Below are positions 1 through 9,657 of a stretch of 32,000 bases of DNA, one piece after another; position 1 is the first letter of the stretch, and every line of letters begins with the position of its first letter. The notes under the pieces were generated by a model. The model was not told the DNA's origin and made no database searches. It saw only the letters and a list, made by a program, of their open reading frames with translations. The DNA is from Candidatus Saganbacteria bacterium (GTDB lineage Bacteria > Margulisbacteria > WOR-1 > JAKLHX01), in NCBI GenBank assembly GCA_026387835.1, contig JAPLKZ010000010.1, forward strand, positions 326,379-358,378. The letters run 5' to 3'. The translations under genes were made by a program, and so were the position numbers.

Positions 1-373
<373 letters not shown>

Positions 374-385
374 AAGGAGGAAAAC

Positions 386-2638
386 ATGTCTGAAGCAAGT
401 ATAGTTCTGCCGATTTTGAGGCCTCTTGAGATCCATCTGCTCTGGTTCGTTCTGGGTTCCGCGGTGATCGCTCTTTTGTACGGTATGTATATGGCGTGGA
501 AAGTCCTCAGGGCCCCTCAGGGTTCTAAGGAAATGGTTGATGTGGCCAAAGCGATCCAGGAAGGATCCACGGCATATTTGGCCCGACAGTTCAAAGTAAT
601 GGGCATATTTATCGCCCTCATAACTGTCGGCCTTTACTTTATGTACGTGCCTGTTTATCCGAACAACCCTTCGCTCCCGATCGGCATTGCGGTCGCATTT
701 CTGCTGGGAGCCTGCGCTTCGGCAGGAGCGGGATTTGTGGGCATGAGCCTTGCCGTCCGCGCTAACGTGAGGGTGGCAAACGCCGCACTCACCAGTTTTA
801 AAAAAGCCCTCGAAGTCGCTTTTCAGGCCGGCACTGTTTCAGGGATGTTCACGGTGGGTCTCGGTCTTTTGGGTGCGACAATAATATTCATGATATTCAA
901 GCAGGACGCGATGAAAGTATTGGTCGGGTTCGGGTTCGGAGGATGCCTGGTCGCGCTTTTTATGAGGATAGGCGGCGGTATCTATACAAAAGCTGCTGAC
1001 GTCGGAGCTGACCTGGTCGGTAAAGTTGAAAAAAATATCCCCGAAGACGATCCCAGGAACGCAGCTGTCATCGCTGATAATGTAGGCGACAACGTCGGCG
1101 ACTGCGCCGGTATGGCCGCGGATGTTTTTGAAAGCTATGAAGTCACGTTGGTTGCCGCATTGATACTTGGTGCGGCGACTCTGGCTGACAAGGGCTTTCA
1201 GGCTCTCTTTGGCGGAATGGCCGCTCTTATGGCCCTTAAGCTTATAATGTATCCCCTGCTGGTCAGGGCCGTGGGCGTATTTGCATCGATCTTAGGGACC
1301 TGGTCAGTCAGAGGAAAAGATACTGAGGAGATCGGTGATCCGATGAAGCCCATCAATTTTGGTTTTTGGGTCGCTTCAATAACTTCTATCATCGGTTTTG
1401 TGGCTATCTGCTATCTATATCTGAATTATCCCGTCAAAGGCGCTGAATGGTGGAGGTTTGCACTGGCAACTTTTGTAGGTATAGTTCTGGCGGTCGTGAT
1501 AGAAAACCTGACCAATTACTTTACTCACACAGAAAATAATCCTATTAAGGAAACGGTTGAATCTGCCAAGACCGGCCCGGCAACACTGATACTGTCGGGT
1601 TTTGCGCTCGCTCAGGAATCTTCTGTTTGGTCCATTGTCGCTATCGCGGCAACGATCTTCGCATCAATGGCAATATTCGGCGGGAATTTGGCTCTATCCG
1701 CATACGGCGTTGCGCTGGCGGGCCTTGGGCTTTTGACAACGACGGGGTTCATTCTTGCTATGGACACCTACGGACCTATATCGGATAACGCTAACGGCAT
1801 ATTTGAAATGTCCGGAACTTACAGGGGCGAAGGCAGCAAAGCTGAAAAAATAGTCACCAAGCTGGATGCCGTAGGCAACACGACAAAAGCTCTTACAAAA
1901 GGTTTTGCTATCGCGACAGCGGTGATCGCTGCGATCGCACTGTTTCGGTCCTTTGTTGAAGAAGGAGGACTGCTTAAAACGGGTATCCAGCTGAATATGT
2001 CCGACGTGTTTATCGGTCTGCTCCTTGGCGGCGCCGTGACGTTCCTTTTTTCTTCATTCCTTATCAAAGCGGTGGGAAGAGCTGCCCAGCTGGTCGTTGA
2101 AGAAGTCCGGAGACAGTTCAGAGAGATCCCGGGGATCATGGAAAGAAAGAACAAACCGGAATATTTTAAGTGCGTTGATATCGTAACCTTTGCCGCGCAA
2201 AAAGAATTGATCGGTCCCGCACTGCTGGCTATCTGCACCCCGATTGCTGTGGGTTTTGCTTTGGGAACAGCAGCACTCGGAGGTTTTCTCGCGGGAGCAA
2301 TCTTAGTCGGGCAACTGCTTGCGGTTCTTCTGGCAAATTCAGGCGGCATCTGGGATAACGCGAAGAAATCTATCGAAATGGGGATGTTAGGCGGAAAGGG
2401 CTCCGAAGCTCATAAAGCGGCTGTCATAGGCGACACGGTCGGAGATCCGTTCAAAGATACCGCCGGACCGGCGCTTAATCCTCTTATCAAGGTAATGAAC
2501 CTTGTTGCTCTTTTGATAGTACCTATCATATTTACCGGCGTGGAAACAAAGGTCAAATGGACAATAGTGACCGTTTCAGTATTGCTCATAATACTTGCTG
2601 TCTATTTGAATAAGAAGGGTAACGCGGCAAAAGTTTAA
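386..2638 (+). CDS. hppA: Membrane-bound (vacuolar-type) proton-translocating pyrophosphatase, K+-independent subtype by motif
   Basis: 750 aa polytopic protein with [39 protein letters not shown] and [24 protein letters not shown] aaggagga upstream of the ATG. Confidence 0.96.
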   Translation: MSEASIVLPILRPLEIHLLWFVLGSAVIALLYGMYMAWKVLRAPQGSKEMVDVAKAIQEGSTAYLARQFKVMGIFIALITVGLYFMYVPVYPNNPSLPIGIAVAFLLGACASAGAGFVGMSLAVRANVRVANAALTSFKKALEVAFQAGTVSGMFTVGLGLLGATIIFMIFKQDAMKVLVGFGFGGCLVALFMRIGGGIYTKAADVGADLVGKVEKNIPEDDPRNAAVIADNVGDNVGDCAGMAADVFESYEVTLVAALILGAATLADKGFQALFGGMAALMALKLIMYPLLVRAVGVFASILGTWSVRGKDTEEIGDPMKPINFGFWVASITSIIGFVAICYLYLNYPVKGAEWWRFALATFVGIVLAVVIENLTNYFTHTENNPIKETVESAKTGPATLILSGFALAQESSVWSIVAIAATIFASMAIFGGNLALSAYGVALAGLGLLTTTGFILAMDTYGPISDNANGIFEMSGTYRGEGSKAEKIVTKLDAVGNTTKALTKGFAIATAVIAAIALFRSFVEEGGLLKTGIQLNMSDVFIGLLLGGAVTFLFSSFLIKAVGRAAQLVVEEVRRQFREIPGIMERKNKPEYFKCVDIVTFAAQKELIGPALLAICTPIAVGFALGTAALGGFLAGAILVGQLLAVLLANSGGIWDNAKKSIEMGMLGGKGSEAHKAAVIGDTVGDPFKDTAGPALNPLIKVMNLVALLIVPIIFTGVETKVKWTIVTVSVLLIILAVYLNKKGNAAKV

Positions 2639-2653
2639 AGCTGAAGATTTGTT

Positions 2654-2690
2654 AAAGGAGCCTGAACCTTAACGGTTCGGCTCCTTTTTT
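2654..2690 (+). terminator. Rho-independent terminator after eno-hppA
   Basis: aaaggagcc-t-gaacc-ttaac-ggttc-ggctccttt stem (one bulged t) followed by a T tract. Confidence 0.85.
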
Positions 2691-2765
2691 AATTTGACAA
2701 GATGACCCTGTTGTTCTCGCTTAAGCACCTTGGGTTGAGTGCAGTCGAAGCCCTCATCTCCATCA

Positions 2766-2774
2766 TGCTATAAT
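2766..2774 (+). promoter_or_regulatory. Candidate extended -10 promoter of the hydrogenase operon (TGC TATAAT)
   Basis: TGCTATAAT about 11 bp before the ATG of the HypA-like ORF. No good -35 box was found. Confidence 0.5.
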
Positions 2775-2785
2775 ATCCTCAAATC

Positions 2786-3028
2786 ATGCATGATTCCCAT
2801 CTTTTTAAGAATCTGATAAAGTATCTTGAAAAAGAAGAATCTTCCTGCGGCAAAATCAAGAAAATATTCATAAATATATCTGAATTCGGCTCGTTGACAA
2901 AAGAGCATTTTATCGGCCATTTCAAGGAATTCTCCAAAGGGACAAAATGGGAAGGTCTGAAGATCGACCTGAAAAAGATCCCGTACGGTCCGGAGTTTGA
3001 ACTGACAAAGATCGAGTACGCAAAATGA
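2786..3028 (+). CDS. HypA/HybF-like nickel-insertion accessory protein, N-terminal domain only
   Basis: 80 aa: MHDSHLFKNLIKYLEKEE...GKIKKIFINISEFGSLTKEHFIGHFKEFSKGTKWEGLKIDLKKIP. It has the MH start and fold-like pattern of HypA but no CxxC...CxxC zinc domain. It overlaps the next gene by 4 bp. Confidence 0.6.
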   Translation: MHDSHLFKNLIKYLEKEESSCGKIKKIFINISEFGSLTKEHFIGHFKEFSKGTKWEGLKIDLKKIPYGPEFELTKIEYAK

Positions 3029-4071
3029 AATACGCAGTAATTAAAAAAACTGACCTTAATAAATGGCTCGAGCGCCTGATGAAAAAGGCCCGCGTTTACG
3101 GCCCAAAGAAAAAAGAGAGTCTTTTCGTCTTCAGGCCTATCAAAGACCCGGAAGAGATCAGTCTGCAGTATATCCCGACTATTCTTCCCCCGAAAAAATA
3201 TTACTTCCCGCAAAAGGAAAAGCTGATCAATTTCAACGCCGAAAAGTTCACCGAGGAAAAAGGGACCAAAGACCCGGAAGAGTTCATCCTTTTTGCTGTG
3301 CATACCTGTGATATTGCCGGTATTCAATGCATGGATGTCGTCTTCAGGGAAAATCCCGCGGATCCATACTATCTCAGCAGAAAAAGCAAGATGACGATCA
3401 TCGGCCTTGAATGCCTGAAATACTGCGATGATATCGCCAGCTGTTCTTCAATGGGCAATCATGAGCCCCGCGGCGGATATGACCTGATGATGGTAGATAT
3501 CGGGAACAGTTTTGCCCTTCATGTGAACTCCGAAAAGGGTGAGAGCCTTATCAAAAATCTCAAATACATACGCGAGGCAAACGATAAAGATATGGCCGCT
3601 CTTGCCTCCGTCAGGGAGGAAAAGAAAAAGGTTTTTAAAGAAGAGCTTAAGGCCCCTCTTTCAAAAATATACGAGGCATTCGACAATTCTTTCAAATCCC
3701 CGGTATGGGAGGATGTCGGAAAGCGGTGCGTCGGCTGCGGGAATTGCACTGCCTCCTGCCCCACCTGTTACTGTTACGATGTCATTGATGAGATGGAGCT
3801 CGATTTGACCAATGGGACTAGATACAGGATTTGGAACTCCTGCCAGATGGATGATTTTGCTAAAGTCGCCGGCGGAGAAGATTTTAGAAAAGGCCGCGAT
3901 TCAAGACAGCGCCACAGATATTATAGAAAATTCAAATATCCGGTGGACAAGTTCAACAGATATTTCTGCACGGGCTGCGGGCGCTGTACAAGGGCTTGCG
4001 TTGCGCAGATCAGCCTTCCCGAAACAGTGAATGCTGTGATAGACGGGTACAGGAGTAAAAATGCCGGCTAA
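3025..4071 (+). CDS. hydB: [NiFe] hydrogenase group 3b / sulfhydrogenase beta subunit, 4Fe-4S dicluster protein
   Basis: Two cysteine clusters, CVGCGNCTASCPTCYC and CTGCGRCTRACVAQ. Beta-gamma-delta-alpha gene order as in Pyrococcus sulfhydrogenase. Confidence 0.88.
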   Translation: MKYAVIKKTDLNKWLERLMKKARVYGPKKKESLFVFRPIKDPEEISLQYIPTILPPKKYYFPQKEKLINFNAEKFTEEKGTKDPEEFILFAVHTCDIAGIQCMDVVFRENPADPYYLSRKSKMTIIGLECLKYCDDIASCSSMGNHEPRGGYDLMMVDIGNSFALHVNSEKGESLIKNLKYIREANDKDMAALASVREEKKKVFKEELKAPLSKIYEAFDNSFKSPVWEDVGKRCVGCGNCTASCPTCYCYDVIDEMELDLTNGTRYRIWNSCQMDDFAKVAGGEDFRKGRDSRQRHRYYRKFKYPVDKFNRYFCTGCGRCTRACVAQISLPETVNAVIDGYRSKNAG

Positions 4072-4927
4072 AGAAAAATTAAAAGAAAAGATCCTTTCTT
4101 TTCCGCACAAATCGGTGAAAGCGGAAATAATAGACGCCTATATGGTGGGTGCGAACGAGAAATTCTTCAAAATTAAACTTGAAGAAGGCAAAGAACTTGG
4201 GCACGAACCGGGACAGTTCGTTATGGTGTCTATCTTTGGTTTTGGTGAAGCGCCAATCTCGATCGCCTCCTCCCCCACTGATAAAGGATACTTTGACCTG
4301 ACCGTAAGGAAGGTCGGGGTTTTCACAAATGAACTTCATAAATACGGCAAGGGCGATGTGATCGGCATCAGGGGACCTTACGGAAAAGGATTCCCAATCG
4401 ATAATATGTTCGGTTACGATATCCTGGTCGTCGGCGGAGGGCTTGGCATGGTGCCGCTGCGTTCATTGATACGCTATGTAATGGCAAACCGCAATGATTT
4501 CGGGAACGTTCAAATACTTTTGGGGTGCAAGTCGCCAAATGAGCTCCTCTTTAATGAAGAAGCGAACGAATGGATGAAAAGGGCCGAAATAAAAAGGAAC
4601 TGCACCGTAGACAAGGCCGATGAAGAATGGAAAGGTAACGTCGGGGTAATTACGACCCTGATCCCTGGTGTCGATATAATCCCGGAGCGCACTTACGCTG
4701 TGGTCGTCGGCCCGCCTATCATGATGAAGTTCACCCTTGTCTCACTTCTCGAAAAGAAAATACCTGAACACCAGATAGTCCTTTCTTTGGAGCGGAGGAT
4801 GAAGTGCGGGCTTGGAAAATGCGGGCATTGCCAGATAGAGGGCGTGTATGTCTGCCAGACAGGGCCTGTTTTTACATATAATCAGTTAAAGAACTTTAAA
4901 GGGGAATGCTATGAAAAAGGTCTTTAA
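4061..4927 (+). CDS. hydG: [NiFe] hydrogenase group 3b gamma subunit, FAD/NAD(P)-binding with 2Fe-2S site
   Basis: GHEPGQFVMVSIFGFGEAPISIAS flavin-binding region, VVGGGLGMVPLRSLI nucleotide-binding region, MKCGLGKCGHCQIEGVYVCQTGPVF Fe-S motif. Confidence 0.9.
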   Translation: MPAKEKLKEKILSFPHKSVKAEIIDAYMVGANEKFFKIKLEEGKELGHEPGQFVMVSIFGFGEAPISIASSPTDKGYFDLTVRKVGVFTNELHKYGKGDVIGIRGPYGKGFPIDNMFGYDILVVGGGLGMVPLRSLIRYVMANRNDFGNVQILLGCKSPNELLFNEEANEWMKRAEIKRNCTVDKADEEWKGNVGVITTLIPGVDIIPERTYAVVVGPPIMMKFTLVSLLEKKIPEHQIVLSLERRMKCGLGKCGHCQIEGVYVCQTGPVFTYNQLKNFKGECYEKGL

Positions 4928-5681
4928 AAAACCGAAACTTGCGTTCTTCGACTTTAGCGATTGCGAGGGCTGCCAGCTCCAGTTCGCCAATATGGGAGAA
5001 ACTCTGCTGGAGCTTCTAAAACTCGTCGACATCGTGAGCTTCCGCGAGATCATGTCTGAGAACGGTCAGGACTACGACATCGCTTTTGTTGAAGGCAGCA
5101 TAACCTCTGATAACGACGTGAAAAGGATCAAGGCTATCAGAGAAAAAGCAAAAGTTGTAGTCGCCCTTGGCGCGTGCGCTACCATCGGAGGCGTGAACGG
5201 CATGAAGAACCGCACGCCGCTTGAAGACGCGAAAAAGCTTGTCTACGGAGATATGGCCGGCAGCATCAACACGATAAAGACAATGCCTTTGCGCGAGGTC
5301 ATAAAAGTGGATTATTTTATCCACGGGTGTCCCGTGTATATCCCGGAAGTGGTCACAGTTGTCAAATGTCTTCTGCTGGGTAAACCCTATGTGGTCCCGA
5401 CCTATTCCGTCTGCAACGAATGCAAAACAAACGAGAATGTCTGCAGGTATGAAAAGGACGAGGATTGTTTCGGTCCCGTGACAAGGGCCGGCTGCAACTC
5501 CTGGTGTATAAATAATGGGAACAAATGCTACGGCTGCAGGGGGCTTGTGGACGATCCCGCCGCCAACGGACAAAAAGAGATCCTGAGCAAATACGGGCTT
5601 GATCTTAACGAGATCCTGAACAGGTTTACTTTATATAATGACAGCCTTGGAGTAAAATATGACAAAGAGTTCAAGCAGTAA
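4911..5681 (+). CDS. hydD: [NiFe] hydrogenase group 3b small (delta) subunit
   Basis: FFDFSDCEGCQLQF, GACATIGGVNGMKNR, IHGCPVYIPEV and CFGPVTRAGCNSWCINNGNKCYGCRG are Fe-S ligand motifs of hydrogenase small subunits. Confidence 0.93.
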   Translation: MKKVFKKPKLAFFDFSDCEGCQLQFANMGETLLELLKLVDIVSFREIMSENGQDYDIAFVEGSITSDNDVKRIKAIREKAKVVVALGACATIGGVNGMKNRTPLEDAKKLVYGDMAGSINTIKTMPLREVIKVDYFIHGCPVYIPEVVTVVKCLLLGKPYVVPTYSVCNECKTNENVCRYEKDEDCFGPVTRAGCNSWCINNGNKCYGCRGLVDDPAANGQKEILSKYGLDLNEILNRFTLYNDSLGVKYDKEFKQ

Positions 5682-7005
5682 TTCAAAGAACGTAAATATT
5701 GATATCCACTACCTGACAAGGGTGGAAGGACACGGTAATATCGTCGTTGATGTAAAAAACGGCGTGCTGGAAAAATGCGAGTTCCAGGTCATAGAATCTC
5801 CGAGGTTCTTCGAATCTATGCTCGTTGGCAGATCGATATGGGAAGCGCAGCATATTACGAGCAGGATCTGCGGCATCTGCGCCTGCGGTCACAGCCTTGC
5901 CAGCATTAAAGCGGCGGAAGCGGCGCTTGAAGTGACCCCGTCAGACGATACGGCTTTGCTCCGAAAACTTTTATTGAACACGGAAATGCTCGACAGCCAT
6001 ATACTTCACATTTACATGCTTGTCGCGCCCGACCTTCTCGGCGTAAAGAGCATTTTCCCTCTGGTCAAGACCCACAAGAGCATGATAGAGATGGCGCTTA
6101 AGATGAAAAGGATGAGCGATTTCGCCGGGGAAGTGCTTGCCGGCCGTCATATCCACCCCATTAGCTATGTGATCGGAGGCCTGACCCAGGTCCCGGCAAA
6201 AGAAAACCTGCAAAAGCTTCTTTCTATGATGATAGAATGTCGGGGATACGGAGAAAAGACCGTCAAAACTTTTAAAAAATTGAGCTTCCCCTCTTTTGAG
6301 CATCCGACACAGTATCTTTCACTTACAAACGAAAGTGGTGAATATCCTATGTACGACGGTGACTTGGTAGTGTCCGGATCGCAAAGGACCGGCATAAAAG
6401 ATTACAAAAGATTATTACACGAAAAACCTGTCGGTTATTCAAGGGCAAAACTTTCTTTTATTAACGGACAACCTTATTCTGTGGGGGCCCTTTCGCGCCT
6501 TAATAATAATTTTAAAAAGCTTAATAAAAAGGCAAGGCTTGTCGCGGAAGAGCTGGGTTACAAAGTCCCGTGTCACAATCCGTATTTGAACACCGTTGCG
6601 CAGCTCATAGAATGGGTGCATTGTCTTGAAGATTCGATCTCTATCCTCGAAAGGATCTTAAAGGAAGGAATAGATAGCGCTAAGGTCGTGGTGTCATCCT
6701 GGCCAAAAAAGGGAGAAAAGCGTTCGTACAGGCCAAATTCGGGAACCGGATGTGTCGAGGTGCCGAGAGGTTCTCTGTTTCATGAATATACCATTGATGA
6801 GACCGGCCATATAACCGCGGCTAATTGCGTCATCCCTACGAACCAGAACATTGCCAACCTTGAAGAAAACATGAGAAAGATCGTGCCTGAGATGCTGCCT
6901 GAAAAGTCCCAGGATGAGATCCGTCTCGGACTTGAGATGCTCGCGCGTGCTTACGACCCCTGCATTTCCTGCGCCACGCACATGCTAGATGTCAAATTCA
7001 TCTGA
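5659..7005 (+). CDS. hydA: [NiFe] hydrogenase group 3b large (alpha) catalytic subunit
   Basis: L1-type RICGICACGH and L2-type DPCISCATH NiFe ligand motifs. Short C-terminal extension MLDVKFI after the ligand motif. Confidence 0.95.
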   Translation: MTKSSSSNSKNVNIDIHYLTRVEGHGNIVVDVKNGVLEKCEFQVIESPRFFESMLVGRSIWEAQHITSRICGICACGHSLASIKAAEAALEVTPSDDTALLRKLLLNTEMLDSHILHIYMLVAPDLLGVKSIFPLVKTHKSMIEMALKMKRMSDFAGEVLAGRHIHPISYVIGGLTQVPAKENLQKLLSMMIECRGYGEKTVKTFKKLSFPSFEHPTQYLSLTNESGEYPMYDGDLVVSGSQRTGIKDYKRLLHEKPVGYSRAKLSFINGQPYSVGALSRLNNNFKKLNKKARLVAEELGYKVPCHNPYLNTVAQLIEWVHCLEDSISILERILKEGIDSAKVVVSSWPKKGEKRSYRPNSGTGCVEVPRGSLFHEYTIDETGHITAANCVIPTNQNIANLEENMRKIVPEMLPEKSQDEIRLGLEMLARAYDPCISCATHMLDVKFI

Positions 7006-7465
7006 AAAACTGGCCATTATCGGCCTTGGCAACCCTTTAAGGAAAGACGACGGAGTCGGAATAATCGCACTTAATCGTTTGAAGTTATGCCTAAAAAGGC
7101 CTGATATCGACTATTTTGATTTCGGTACGGGGAGTTTTGATATCCTTTTCAAGATAAACGAATACAAGGCCATTCTTATAATCGATGCCGTAAATGCCGG
7201 CATGGAACCGGGGGACCATAAGATATTTCCTCTTGAGGCCGTTGAATCGGAGATCATCACGGACATGGGGTCTACGCACGGGTTCGGCCTCAAGCAGCTG
7301 AGGATGCTATGCTCTTCTTTCGGGTCTTCTGGCAAGGTTTTTGTCGCGGGCATCCAGATCGTTGATGTTTCCGAGGGGAACGGAACCTCGGACCTTGTCA
7401 ACAAAAAACTTGACTCCGCTATAGATAATATTTCCCTCTATATCAACAAATACCTGTCATCCTAA
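6989..7465 (+). CDS. Hydrogenase maturation protease (HycI/HyaD/HybD family)
   Basis: LAIIGLGNPLRKDDGVGIIALNRLK N-terminus, family-like length (158 aa), 17-bp overlap with the large-subunit gene. Confidence 0.9.
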   Translation: MSNSSEKLAIIGLGNPLRKDDGVGIIALNRLKLCLKRPDIDYFDFGTGSFDILFKINEYKAILIIDAVNAGMEPGDHKIFPLEAVESEIITDMGSTHGFGLKQLRMLCSSFGSSGKVFVAGIQIVDVSEGNGTSDLVNKKLDSAIDNISLYINKYLSS

Positions 7466-7476
7466 GCATTGGGATA

Positions 7477-7708
<232 letters not shown>

Positions 7709-7756
7709 GGCCTGATGTTGTTATCATGAATACTCGGTTATCATAATAACGTTTTT

Positions 7757-7787
7757 GGGCGCAATTTTGCGCCCTTTTGATTTTTTT
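7757..7787 (+). terminator. Intrinsic terminator or attenuator between ferredoxin and the first RNR
   Basis: GGGCGCAA-TT-TTGCGCCC followed by TTTTGATTTTTTT. It directly abuts the GGAGGT Shine-Dalgarno of the next gene. Confidence 0.8.
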
Positions 7788-7800
7788 GGAGGTATTAATA

Positions 7801-9567
7801 ATGAAACTGTCTAAAAACGCCGAGATCATCATTGAAAAAAGATACCTTCAAAAGGACAAGAACGGAAAACCGGCCGAGACAGTCTCCCAGTTTTTTAAAA
7901 GGGTCGCAAAAACAATAGCCGCCGTCGATAAAAAATATGACCCCGGATCAAAGGTCTCCGATATAGAGGCTGAATTCTATAAAGCGATGAGCGAAGGGGA
8001 ATTCCTGCCTAACTCTCCCGCCCTTATGAACGCCGGCGCGGAAGCCGGGCAGCTTTTCGCCTGTTTTGTGCTTCCTGTCGAAGACCGCTTGAAAGATATA
8101 TTTGAGACCCTCAAGAACACGGCCCTTATTCAACAAAGCGGCGGGGGAGTAGGGTTCAACTTCGGCCGCCTCAGGCCCAAAAGCTCGGCGGTAAAGTCGA
8201 CACGAGGGGTATCTTCGGGCCCCGTTTCGTTCATGAAGGTTTTTGATGCCGCGACAGAAGTGATCGGACAAGGCGGCAGAAGACGCGGCGCGAATATGGG
8301 CATTTTACCGGTGGACCATCCCGACATAATGGAATTCATTTCTTCCAAACAAAAAGAAAAAGCCCTTTCAAATTTTAATCTTTCTGTTGCTGTGACCGAT
8401 AAGTTCATGGAAGCCGCAAAAAAAGGCGCTAAATACAATCTAATTGATCCCAGGACAAAAAAATCCGCCGGGAACCTTAATGCGGGAGACGTCTTTTCCG
8501 AGATCGCCCGCTGGGCCTGGGAATGTGGAGATCCCGGAATTGTCTTTATCGATGCCATCAATAAAAACAACCCCGTCAAAAAGATGGGGGCCATAGAAGC
8601 GACAAACCCATGCGGGGAGCAACCATTATTGCCGTATGAATCCTGCTGTCTCGGCTCCGTCAACCTTTCAAAGGTCGTAAAAAACGGGGGGCCCGATCTT
8701 AAGCATCTTAAAGAGCTTGTCCGGTTAGGGGTTCACTTCCTTGATAACTTGATAGATGCAAACAAGTTCCCTATTGCCGAGATCGAAAAGGCGACCCTGG
8801 CCAACAGAAAGATCGGGCTCGGGGTAATGGGATTTGCTGATATGCTCATCAAGCTGGGCATCCCTTACGACAGCCCAAAAGCTGTGGCTCTCGCTGAAAA
8901 GCTTATGAAATTTATCAGGGAAGAAGCGCAAAAGATGTCCCAGGAGCTCGCGGCGACAAGGGGTTCGTTCCCTAATTTCAAAGACAGCGCTTATAAATCA
9001 AAGGTCAAGGCTATGCGCAATGCCACCGTTACCACGATCGCTCCGACCGGAACTATCAGCATAATCGCCGGCTGTTCTTCCGGGATCGAACCAATCTTTG
9101 CGGTGGCTTATGTCAGGCTGCTCGCTGACGGTCAGGAGATCGTCGAGTGCTGCCCTCTTTTTGAAGAGATGATGAAAAAGCGCAAACTTTACAATCACGA
9201 ATTCTGCAAAAGGGTCCTTTCCGAAGGCGGAATAAACGAGATGTCCAGCATACCCGAAGATATAAAAAAACTATTTCTCCCGGCAGTCGGGATCTCATAT
9301 GAATGGCACGTGGCCATAGCGGCAGCATTTCAAAAATATACCGACAATGCCGTTTCAAAGACCGTCAATCTTCCTTCGTCCGCATCAAAAGAGGATGTTA
9401 AAAATGTGTTTCTCTCCGCATACAAGAACAAATGTAAGGGCATTACCGTGTTCCGGCAGGGATGCAAAAAAGAGCAGGTCCTTTCCATCAAACCCGAAGA
9501 TACGGGGCGCATTGCGGTTGAAAGCGAATTCGCCGGAGGGTGCCCCGTGAGTTACTGCGTAGATTGA
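7801..9567 (+). CDS. nrdJ: Adenosylcobalamin-dependent (class II) ribonucleotide reductase, short form
   Basis: SPALMNAGAEAGQLFACFVLPVED, SGGGVGFNFGRLRP, NPCGEQPLLPYESCCLGSVNLS, PTGTISIIAGCSSGIEPIF. Start placed at ATG 7801 with ggaggt upstream. Ends GGCPVSYCVD. Confidence 0.92.
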   Translation: MKLSKNAEIIIEKRYLQKDKNGKPAETVSQFFKRVAKTIAAVDKKYDPGSKVSDIEAEFYKAMSEGEFLPNSPALMNAGAEAGQLFACFVLPVEDRLKDIFETLKNTALIQQSGGGVGFNFGRLRPKSSAVKSTRGVSSGPVSFMKVFDAATEVIGQGGRRRGANMGILPVDHPDIMEFISSKQKEKALSNFNLSVAVTDKFMEAAKKGAKYNLIDPRTKKSAGNLNAGDVFSEIARWAWECGDPGIVFIDAINKNNPVKKMGAIEATNPCGEQPLLPYESCCLGSVNLSKVVKNGGPDLKHLKELVRLGVHFLDNLIDANKFPIAEIEKATLANRKIGLGVMGFADMLIKLGIPYDSPKAVALAEKLMKFIREEAQKMSQELAATRGSFPNFKDSAYKSKVKAMRNATVTTIAPTGTISIIAGCSSGIEPIFAVAYVRLLADGQEIVECCPLFEEMMKKRKLYNHEFCKRVLSEGGINEMSSIPEDIKKLFLPAVGISYEWHVAIAAAFQKYTDNAVSKTVNLPSSASKEDVKNVFLSAYKNKCKGITVFRQGCKKEQVLSIKPEDTGRIAVESEFAGGCPVSYCVD

Positions 9568-9576
9568 AATATCCCC

Positions 9577-9607
9577 TTGACAGCCCATATATGTAGCGTG
9601 ATATACT
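9577..9607 (+). promoter_or_regulatory. Candidate promoter for nrdR - nrdJ2 - btuR
   Basis: TTGACA (9577-9582) and TATACT (9602-9607), 19 bp spacer. A GATATA at 9600 would give a 17 bp spacer. Confidence 0.45.
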
Positions 9608-9631
9608 CATAGTCCCCACTAAATAGGGTGG
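9584..9631 (+). promoter_or_regulatory. Two tandem NrdR-box-like sites
   Basis: cccatatatgtagcgt (9584-9599) and ccactaaatagggtgg (9616-9631) resemble the recalled NrdR consensus acaCwAtATaTwGtgt (about 11/16 and 12/16) and start 32 bp apart. Confidence 0.5.
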
Positions 9632-9657
9632 TTTTCCATGAAAAGGTAAAAAGGGCT

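Noticed and set aside
2731-2752. gttgagtgcagtcgaagccc resembling dispersed short repeats
   Set aside because: Only one copy noticed in this window, and no paired arm was found to support a repeat element.
2779-3327. 182-aa minus-strand ORF opposite the hypA-like and hydB genes
   Set aside because: It is antisense to coding sequence with clear homology, has no recognisable motifs, and runs through the promoter of the hydrogenase operon.
8130-8663. 177-aa minus-strand ORF inside the first RNR (and similar antisense ORFs at 9619-10482, 10400-11086, 11962-12657)
   Set aside because: These mirror conserved RNR, NrdR or adenosyltransferase coding sequence and show no family motifs of their own.
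9568-9657. Cobalamin riboswitch upstream of the B12-dependent RNR/nrdR operon
   Set aside because: No B12-box-like GCCACTG core and insufficient length; the region is better explained by a promoter and NrdR-box-like sites.
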